Shown here in pieces: positions 7,608 to 14,961 of a DNA stretch of 14,961 nt (its first letter is position 1; the number at the start of each line of letters is the position of its first letter). The translations under genes and the position numbers were made by a program. The DNA lies in NCBI GenBank assembly GCA_963761335.1, contig CAVXGR010000019.1, positions 1 to 14,961 on the forward strand, given 5' to 3'. Source of the stretch: an uncultured delta proteobacterium (GTDB lineage Bacteria; Desulfobacterota; Binatia; HRBIN30; BPIQ01). The notes beneath the pieces were generated by a model. The model did not search any database. It was not told the DNA's origin and saw only the letters and a list, made by a program, of their open reading frames with translations.

Positions 7608-8949
7608 ATGCATTGGCGACCTCGAAGCCCAAGAGCCAGAAGGCGCGTCCGCCAGCGGTCGATGGAGCGCCCGGATTGTCACCGGCGATGGCCGCTGGCC
7701 GTCGTCTCGATTCTCCTCACCTGGTCCATGAACCTCCTGCCTGCGGCGGTGAGCGCGGCGCCACTCAGGTTCTCAGACGCCCTCGACGCCGCTCGGCGCC
7801 ACAACCCCGAGCTGCTCGCGGCGCGGCAGCGAGCCGAGATCGCGCGCGGCCGCCTGGTTCGCGCGCATTACTGGAACAAGTTCAACCCGCGCCTCGAGGG
7901 CGGCACGGTGAGCCGGCAGTTCGCGGGCGGTGGCAGCGAGGTGCAGCGCTCCGCCGGCATTTCGATCGAGCTGGAGGTCGCCGGCCAGCGCGGCAAGCGC
8001 ATCGAGGCGGCCCAGCGCGACCTCGAGCGTGTCGAGGCGGAAATCGCCGACGCCGAGCGCCTCGTCCTCTCCCGGGTGAAGGACGCCTTCTATCGCATCC
8101 TGTATCTCGATCGGCGCCGCAAGCTCTTTCACGAGCTGGAGAGCCTCAATCGGCGCCTGAGCGACGCCTCTGCGGAGCGCTTCCGCAGCGGCGAGGTGCC
8201 GAAGCTCGAGGCCAACCTCGGCGTGGTCCGCCTGAGCCGCTCGCGCCGGGAGACCCTCAGCGCCGAACGCGACTACGACAACGCGGTGCGCGAGCTGGAG
8301 CAGCTGCTCGGGCGCGAAACGGTGGGCGGAATCGCGCTCGCCGGCGATCTCTCCCCGCATCCGACCGGCGCGTCGCTGGAGCGACTGCTGCAGAGTGCGG
8401 TTCGCGTCCGCCCGGACCTGCGCGCCCGCGAGGCGGAGATCCATCGAATCGAGGCCGAGACCGGTCTCGCGGAGCGCTCAATCGTGCCGAATCCGACGCT
8501 TGCCGGCAGCTACGACGAGGAGGTTGAGTCCGCCGGCAGACGCGACCGCATCATCGGCGGGAGGATCAGCATCCCGATCCCCGTGTTCGACCGGAACCAG
8601 GGAGAAGCTCACGCGGCTTGCCGGAGAGCGCGCCCAGGCCTCCTATGAGCGCTCTGCTCTGCTGCTCGCGGTTCGCACCGAGGTACGCGACGCCTATCGC
8701 AGCTACCAGGCCGCGGCGGAGGCGGTGAAGGTCTTCGAGGCCGAGGCCTTCGACCGCGTGCGCGAGAGCTTCGGCTTCATCGAGACCGCGTATCGCGAAG
8801 GCAAGATCGATCTGCTGCAGCTCGTCGTTGCCGAGAACGACCTGGTGAACGCGCAGCTCTCCTACCTCGAGTCCTTGCGCGACTACTGGCGGGCGCGCGT
8901 CGCTCTCGAGCGCGCCGTCGGACGACCTCTCGAAGGATCCCATTCATGA
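7608..8949 (+). pseudogene. czcC: TolC-family outer-membrane factor of a heavy-metal RND system, with a +1 frameshift near 8605-8607 (real lesion or assembly error)
   Basis: Signal peptide (AVSA-APL), HNPELLAA, ELEVAGQRGKRI and ISIPIPVFDRNQGE in one frame. It continues as LTRLAGERAQ...AYREGKIDLLQLV...LERAVG in the next frame. AGGAG lies 9 nt before ATG 7608 (alternative ATG 7662). The stop overlaps the czcB start (ATGA). Confidence 0.85.
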
Positions 8950-10169
8950 AAGCTCCCCATCTGAAATCCGTGCTGGCGGCTCCGGTCGCCGCCTTGCTGG
9001 TTTTGGCCGGCGGCTGTGGAGGCGGTTCAGCCGCAGCGCCGAAGGAGACGTCTCCCCAGGCGGGGGCGTCCGAGCCGGTGGCGGCCTCGGGCCGATCCGC
9101 AGACCGTGTCGAGCTCTCACCCAGGGCGCGCGAGGCGATCGGCCTCCGGGTGATCGCCGCGCAGGAGCGCGCCCTCGGTGGCGAGATTCGCGCCACGGCG
9201 GTGATCAAGCCCAACGAGTACCGCATGGCGCACGTGAGCCCGCGCATTCCCGGAAAGGCGATTGCCGTCGAGGCGCTGCTCGGGGATGTGGTCTCCGCCG
9301 GCGCCGTCCTGGCCGAGCTCGACAGCATCGACCTGGGCGAGAAGAAGGCGACCTTTCTGCAGTCGCGCGCCAACCTCGAGGTGGCGCGCCGCAACTACCG
9401 GCGCGAGGAGCGCCTGTACGGCCAGCACATATCGTCGGAGAAGGAGTATCTCGAGGCCAAGGGAGAGATCGAGCGCAACGAGGCGGCCTATCGCGCCGCG
9501 CGCGAGGCGCTCCGTCTGGTCGGCCTCTCCGACGACGACATCGAGGCGGTGAGCTGGAGCGGGGGGAAGCACCCCCTGTCGCATTTCCCGCTCCTGGCGC
9601 CGTTCGCCGGCACCATCATCGAGCGGCACATCACCATCGGCGAGCTGATCGAGCCCAACGAGACTCCGTACACCATCGCCGATCTCATCACCGTCTGGGT
9701 GCTGCTCGACATCTACGAGAAGGATCTCGCTCGCGTGCACGTCGGCGACCAGGCCCGCATCGGCGTCGAGGCGTACCCGGGAGAGGTGTTCACCGGGAAG
9801 GTCACCTATCTCAGCAGCCTCCTCGATCCGTCGACGCGCACGGCGCAGGCCCGCGTCGAGATCGACAGCCGCGACGGCCGGCTGCGCCCCGGAATGTTCG
9901 CGACCGCGGCGATTACCGGCGAAGCCGGGGGCGGTCGCAAGCGGCTGGTCATTCCCCGCGACGCGGTGCAGCACCTGCACGGCAAGACGGTGGCCTTCGT
10001 TCAAGAGCGGCCGGGCACGTACTCAACCCGCGAGCTCTCCCTTGGCGCCGAGAGCGGAGACGACGTCGAGGTTCTTTCCGGGATCGCCGCGGGCGAGCCC
10101 GTGGTCACCGAAGGCGCGTTCTATCTCAAGTCCGCGCTGTTGAAGGAAGAGCTGGGAGGGGAGGACTGA
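8946..10169 (+). CDS. czcB: RND efflux periplasmic adaptor (membrane fusion protein), 407 aa
   Basis: Lipoprotein-like LLVLAGGC, VSPRIPG...LGDVVSAG, LAPFAGTIIER, LRPGMFA, VEVLSGIAAGEPVVTEGAF. It lies between the OMF and RND genes. Confidence 0.92.
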   Translation: MKAPHLKSVLAAPVAALLVLAGGCGGGSAAAPKETSPQAGASEPVAASGRSADRVELSPRAREAIGLRVIAAQERALGGEIRATAVIKPNEYRMAHVSPRIPGKAIAVEALLGDVVSAGAVLAELDSIDLGEKKATFLQSRANLEVARRNYRREERLYGQHISSEKEYLEAKGEIERNEAAYRAAREALRLVGLSDDDIEAVSWSGGKHPLSHFPLLAPFAGTIIERHITIGELIEPNETPYTIADLITVWVLLDIYEKDLARVHVGDQARIGVEAYPGEVFTGKVTYLSSLLDPSTRTAQARVEIDSRDGRLRPGMFATAAITGEAGGGRKRLVIPRDAVQHLHGKTVAFVQERPGTYSTRELSLGAESGDDVEVLSGIAAGEPVVTEGAFYLKSALLKEELGGED

Positions 10170-10203
10170 TGCCGGCGGGTGCTGACGCTTCCGAGGGGCG
10201 CTC

Positions 10204-13200
10204 ATGCTGAACCGGGTATTCGAGCTCTCCCTTCGCAACCGCTTCCTGGTTCTCGTCTTCGCCGGACTACTGATCGCGGTGGGCGTCTACTCGCTGCAGC
10301 GCCTGCCGATCGATGCGGTGCCCGACGTCACCCCGAACCAGGTGCAGATCCTCACCAACGCGCCCGGGCTCGGACCGGTGGAGGTGGAGAGGTTCATCAC
10401 CTTCCCGGTGGAGACGGCGATGTCGGGGCTCCCGGGGATCGAGAAGATCCGCTCGGTGTCGCGCTTCGGCCTCTCGGCCGTGAGCGTGTACTTCGACGAG
10501 GGCCTGGACATCTACTTCTGCCGCCGTCTGGTGATGGAGCGCCTGCCGGCGGCGCGCGAGGCGATTCCCGCTGGGCTCGGCACGCCGGAGATGGGGCCGA
10601 TCTCCACCGGCCTCGGCGAGATCTACCAGTTCGAGGTGCGCGGCGAGGGATTTTCGCTGATGGAGCTGCGCTCCATTCTTGAGTGGGACATCGCCTTCAA
10701 GCTCAAGTCGGTGCCGGGGGTGGTCGAGGTGAACAGCTACGGCGGCGAGCTGAAGACCTACGAGGTGCAGCTCGACGCCAGCAAGCTGGTGTCCTACGGC
10801 CTCTCCATTGACCAGGTCTTTCACGCCTTGGAGGGCAACAACGCCAATGCCGGCGGCGGCTACATGGAGCGTGCGCAGGAGCAGTACCTGGTGCGCGGCG
10901 AGGGGTTGATAGGCGATCTGCGCGACATCGAGAACATCGTCGTCGCCGCGCGCAACGACGGCACGCCGATCTACATCCGCAACCTCGGCCGGGTGGCCTT
11001 CGCGCCGATGGTGCGTCAGGGGGCCGTCACCCGCGACGGCCGCGGCGAAGCGGTGACCGGGGTGGTGATGATGCTGATCGGCGAGAGCTCGCGTGCCGTG
11101 GCGGCGCGCGTGCACGAGAAGATCGGCGAGATCCAGAAGTCGCTGCCTCCCGGCGTGACCATCGACACCTACTACGATCGCACCGAGCTGGTGCACAAGA
11201 CGATCAAGACCGTGGAGAAGAACCTCACGGAAGGAGCCCTGCTGGTCATTGCCGTGCTGCTGCTACTGCTCGGCAACATCCGCGGCGGCCTGATCGTCGC
11301 CTCGGCCATTCCGCTCTCCATGCTCGTCGCCTTCACCGCCATGACCTACGCGGGGATGTCGGGGAATCTCATGAGCCTGGGCGCCATCGATTTCGGCCTC
11401 ATCGTCGACGGCTCGGTGGTGATGATCGAGAACATCGTGCGCCACATCGCCGCGCGGCGCGCCGCGCACGAGACCGGGGATCGGACGAGCGATCGCGATC
11501 TGCAGGGCGTCATCCTCGAAGCCGGGCGCGAGGTGCTGCGGCCGATCGTCTTCGCGGTGAGCATCATCATCATCGTCTATCTGCCGATCCTCACGCTGCA
11601 GGGCGTCGAGGGGAAGATGTTTCGGCCGATGGCGCTCACCGTCATCTTTGCGCTGGTCGGCTCGCTCGTGCTCTCGATCACGCTGATGCCGGTGCTCGCC
11701 AGCCTCTTCCTGCGCCGCGGCGTGAAGGAAGAAGACACCTGGCTCGTCGGGCACGCGAAGCGCCTCTACCGGCCGGCGCTCGAGCGGACGATGCGGCATC
11801 CCGGGGTCACCGGCGCGGCCGCGGCCGGTCTCTTCGCCGCCAGCGTGGCAGTCGCGCTGTTCATGGGCGCGGAGTTCATCCCGCGGCTCGACGAGGGGAC
11901 GATCGCCCTGCAGGCCTGGCGACTGCCGAGTGTCTCGCTGGAGGAGTCGATTCGCAACACGACGATGATCGAGAAGGTCCTGAAGCGCTTTCCGGAAGTC
12001 GTCACCGTCGTCTCGAGGACCGGCCGGGCGGAGATTGCCACCGACCCCATGGGAGTCGAGGTCAGCGACATTTACGTCATGCTGGAGCCGCCAGAGGAGT
12101 GGCGCACGGCCCGGACGAAGGAAGATCTGCTCCAGGCGTTCGATGCGGCGCTGACGGAGGGCGTGCCCGGCACGGTATTCAGCTACTCACAGCCGATCGA
12201 GCTGCGCGTGCAGGAGCTGATCGCCGGCGTGCGCTCCGACGTCGCCATCACCATCTTCGGCGAGGATCTGGACACGCTGAAGAAGCTGGGCGACGAGATG
12301 GTGCGCGTCGGGTCGCAGGTACCGGGCGCCGCGGACACCAAGGCCGAGCAGGTGGCGGGGCTGCCGTATCTGCGGGTGGTCGTCGACCGCGAGGCGATCG
12401 CCCGCTACGGGATCAACGCATCGCAGATCCTCGACACGGTGGCCGCCGTCGGCGGCAAAGTCGTCGGCGAGGTGCTCGAGGGCCAGCGGCGGTTCTTCAT
12501 GCAGGTGCGCTTCAGCGCCGAGGATCGGACGAACGTCGAGCGCATCGAGGAGATTCGCGTCACCGACCCGCGAGGGCGTCTCATCCCCCTCGGCCAGTTG
12601 GCGGACATCCGGGTCGAGGAGGGTCCGGCGCAGATCAGCCGTGACGACATCCACCGGCGCCTGGCGGTGGAGACCAACGTGCGCGGCCGCGATCTGTCCA
12701 GCTTCGTTGCCGAGGCCCAGCGGGCCATCGCCTTGCGCGTCGCGCTGCCTCCGGGATACTGGATCGAGTGGGGCGGCCAGTTCGAGAACCTGCAGCGCGC
12801 CTCGGCGCGTTTGGCCATCGTCGTGCCGCTGGCGCTGTTCCTGATCTTCGTCCTGCTCTACTCGACCTTCAATGCCGCAAAGCCGGCGCTGCTGATCTAT
12901 CTCAACGTGCCGCTGGCGGCCACGGGCGGCATCTTCGCGCTGGCACTGCGCGGCATGCCGTTCTCCATTTCGGCGGCTGTCGGCTTCATCGCCCTGTTCG
13001 GCGTGGCCGTGCTCAACGGGGTGGTGCTGATGTCGTACGTGCTGCAGATGCGGCGTGAAGGGCTTTCGGGCGAGGACGCGGCGCGCCTCGGCGCGGAGAT
13101 CCGCTTGCGCCCGGTGCTGATGACGGCTTTGGTGGCGAGCCTGGGGTTCGTCCCCATGGCGCTGTCGAGCTCCGCGGGTGCCGAGGTGCAGCGGCCCTTG

Positions 13201-13305
13201 GCCACCGTCGTCGTCGGCGGCCTCGTCACCTCGACCGCGCTCACGCTGCTCGTCCTGCCGGCGCTCTATGCATGGACCGAGCGAAGGGAAAGCGCCACAC
13301 CCTGA
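10204..13305 (+). CDS. czcA: CzcA/CusA-family heavy-metal efflux RND permease (CzcA-like, divalent cation type), 1033 aa
   Basis: LPIDAVPDVTPNQVQI, SRFGLS, ISTGLGEIYQ, TM4 GAIDFGLIVDGSVVMIEN (CzcA-type DFG..D..E), RLRPVLMTA, GAEVQRPLATVVVGG. SD GAGGGG upstream. Confidence 0.96.
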   Translation: MLNRVFELSLRNRFLVLVFAGLLIAVGVYSLQRLPIDAVPDVTPNQVQILTNAPGLGPVEVERFITFPVETAMSGLPGIEKIRSVSRFGLSAVSVYFDEGLDIYFCRRLVMERLPAAREAIPAGLGTPEMGPISTGLGEIYQFEVRGEGFSLMELRSILEWDIAFKLKSVPGVVEVNSYGGELKTYEVQLDASKLVSYGLSIDQVFHALEGNNANAGGGYMERAQEQYLVRGEGLIGDLRDIENIVVAARNDGTPIYIRNLGRVAFAPMVRQGAVTRDGRGEAVTGVVMMLIGESSRAVAARVHEKIGEIQKSLPPGVTIDTYYDRTELVHKTIKTVEKNLTEGALLVIAVLLLLLGNIRGGLIVASAIPLSMLVAFTAMTYAGMSGNLMSLGAIDFGLIVDGSVVMIENIVRHIAARRAAHETGDRTSDRDLQGVILEAGREVLRPIVFAVSIIIIVYLPILTLQGVEGKMFRPMALTVIFALVGSLVLSITLMPVLASLFLRRGVKEEDTWLVGHAKRLYRPALERTMRHPGVTGAAAAGLFAASVAVALFMGAEFIPRLDEGTIALQAWRLPSVSLEESIRNTTMIEKVLKRFPEVVTVVSRTGRAEIATDPMGVEVSDIYVMLEPPEEWRTARTKEDLLQAFDAALTEGVPGTVFSYSQPIELRVQELIAGVRSDVAITIFGEDLDTLKKLGDEMVRVGSQVPGAADTKAEQVAGLPYLRVVVDREAIARYGINASQILDTVAAVGGKVVGEVLEGQRRFFMQVRFSAEDRTNVERIEEIRVTDPRGRLIPLGQLADIRVEEGPAQISRDDIHRRLAVETNVRGRDLSSFVAEAQRAIALRVALPPGYWIEWGGQFENLQRASARLAIVVPLALFLIFVLLYSTFNAAKPALLIYLNVPLAATGGIFALALRGMPFSISAAVGFIALFGVAVLNGVVLMSYVLQMRREGLSGEDAARLGAEIRLRPVLMTALVASLGFVPMALSSSAGAEVQRPLATVVVGGLVTSTALTLLVLPALYAWTERRESATP

Positions 13306-13332
13306 CGACCAGACACGGGAAAGGAGCAAGCG

Positions 13333-14030
13333 ATGCAGTTGGCGGACGTGGTTCGCAACTATGACTGGGCGGCATCCAGTTACGATTGGTGGACAGATCT
13401 GGTCTTCGGCCGCCTGCTCGGGGTGGAGAGGTACCGCGAGAAGGCGATCGATCTGCTCGGGTCGCTCGAGAATGCCACGGTGCTCGACATCGGCTGCGGT
13501 ACGGGGAGGAACTTTCCGATCCTGATGCCGCGCGTCGGCGCGGGCGGACGCATCATCGGCCTCGACTACTCGGAAGGCATGCTGGCGCAGGCGCGCAAGC
13601 GCGTCGAGGCGAACGGATGGGGCAACGTCGAGCTGGTTCGAGGCGACGCGGCAAAGCTGGAAGGCGTTCCGGAGAATGTCGATGCCGTGGTCTCGATCTG
13701 GTGTCTCGGCTTCGTCTACGATCTCGAGGCCGCACTGCGGCGGGCGCTCGAGGTGCTGAAGCCGGGCGGCCGGATGGCGATCATGGACTTCACCCGCGCC
13801 CGACCCGATGGCGGTCCTCTGCGCTGGCTCTACCCGCTCTACTCGTTCCTCTGGTGCGCGCCGGCATCGACTCTCCGGAGGACATGGACGACAAAGCGCT
13901 GCGGCGGCGCTGGGAGCACGGGCGCGATTTTCTGCGCCGGCGGCTCGCCGGTTACCATGAGCGGGGTCTCGTCTTGTTGGGAAAAGAAAGAAAGAAGCAG
14001 GCTACTTTTGCCGTCCGAAATCTGGTGTGA
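13333..14030 (+). pseudogene. Class I SAM-dependent methyltransferase, with a 1-nt deletion frameshift near 13849-13851
   Basis: SD AAGGAG, VLDIGCGTG, IIGLDYSEGML, VRGDA, VLKPGGRMAIMD. After YSFL the plausible continuation LVRAGIDSPEDMDD...RRRWEHGR is in the -1 frame and ends at 14030. Confidence 0.75.
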
Positions 14031-14176
14031 CACCAGCAATCTGGTGCGCAAAAGTTGCCTGTCCCCGCGTGCGCAGCCCATTGACACTGGCTGTCCATTG
14101 TACTCATGCGGCTGCGAGCGAGGGTTCCCGTACGACAGTCGTTGTCGCCCTGGGCGAATGGGTGTTATGAGAGATC

Positions 14177-14413
14177 ATGACCTGGGAGGAGATACGCCGC
14201 GCCTACCCCAACCAGTGGGTGATCATCGATGTCCAACAGTTGGATGCCGCCCTAGAAGTTGTCGAAGGCCTCGTTATCGCTGCCGCTCCCACTCGAGAGG
14301 AGATCTATCGACGCGTGATGACGGATGGGCGCGGGCGAGATGTGGCAATTCGCTACTGCGGCGATCTTCCGCCCGATTTCGCGGTGATGTTTTGGTTGCG
14401 GCCTTCGCGCTGA
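14177..14413 (+). CDS. DUF5678-like small protein, 78 aa
   Basis: MTWEEIRRAYPNQWVII...GLVIAAAPTREEIY...IRYCG resembles the YP.(E/Q)WV...G.V(I/L)A.....E(I/V)Y small proteins usually found upstream of retropepsin-like proteases. Confidence 0.7.
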   Translation: MTWEEIRRAYPNQWVIIDVQQLDAALEVVEGLVIAAAPTREEIYRRVMTDGRGRDVAIRYCGDLPPDFAVMFWLRPSR

Positions 14414-14781
14414 AGCGCTACGGGACCCTTCTAGTTTGCAACGCCCTCATCGAGGGACCGTCGGGCACCCACAACATCGAGTTGTTGCTGGATACGGGTT
14501 CGATCCATTCGGTAGCGCCGGTCGAGGTCCTCGAAGCAATCGGCTGTTCCCCGAGCACGTCCGCCGATCACGTGCGAATCACAACCGCAAACGGCATGAT
14601 CGTCGCTCCGCGTGTTACATGCGAGTCGCTGAGGGTCTTTGATCGGGTCCTTCAGTCTGCCTCCGTCGTAGCCCATGACCTGCCTTTCGCAGGTCCGGTC
14701 CAAGGTCTCCTGGGTATGGATGCTCTCCTGCGACTCGGTGCCCGGATCGACGTCGTGAATGCCACCATCCAGCTCGCTTGA
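14392..14781 (+). CDS. Retropepsin-like (clan AA) aspartic protease, about 129 aa
   Basis: LLLDTGS catalytic motif, TANG flap and GLLGMD motif. Start uncertain: TTG 14392 with GGTG upstream, overlapping the upstream ORF. TGA stop at 14779-14781. Confidence 0.85.
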   Translation: MVAAFALKRYGTLLVCNALIEGPSGTHNIELLLDTGSIHSVAPVEVLEAIGCSPSTSADHVRITTANGMIVAPRVTCESLRVFDRVLQSASVVAHDLPFAGPVQGLLGMDALLRLGARIDVVNATIQLA

Positions 14782-14961
14782 CCGCTCATCGTCGTCTCCT
14801 TCCGATGATTCGGGGTTCGGACCACTGCAAGTACTTGACAATTGGACACTTCGACTCAAATCTGCGCCTCATTTCGTGCTTAGTCCTGGCGCGCCCATCT
14901 CAGGTTCCGAGTGGGCTCTCAAGCCGGGGGGGAGCCCGAAGATCGTCATAGCCGCATTGTG

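Noticed and set aside
13333..14781. 482-aa apparent methyltransferase-aspartic protease fusion
   Set aside because: The middle of the ORF is non-protein-like and runs out of frame over the DUF5678-like gene. The fusion is better explained by the frameshift near 13850 plus a chance open frame.

Overview
GC-rich bacterial DNA with three blocks. (1) 55-5849, minus strand: a Type I restriction-modification operon in the order hsdR (EcoAI/EcoEI-like) - hsdS - small BECR/RelE-like putative nuclease - DUF2283-like protein - hsdM. The genes are joined by overlapping or closely spaced start/stop codons, so a toxin-antitoxin-like pair is built into the RM operon. (2) 6257-14030, plus strand: a class I SAM methyltransferase, a secreted Cys/His- and Pro-rich small ORF, a czcCBA-type heavy-metal RND efflux operon (czcC split by a 1-nt frameshift) and a second SAM methyltransferase (also frameshifted). 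The end of the small ORF can base-pair over the czcC Shine-Dalgarno and enclose three hairpins, suggesting a leader-peptide/RNA switch. (3) 14177-14781: a lower-GC two-gene module, a DUF5678-like small protein plus a retropepsin-like aspartic protease. No tRNA, rRNA, CRISPR array or transposase was recognised. Family calls come from motif recognition by eye, not database searches.
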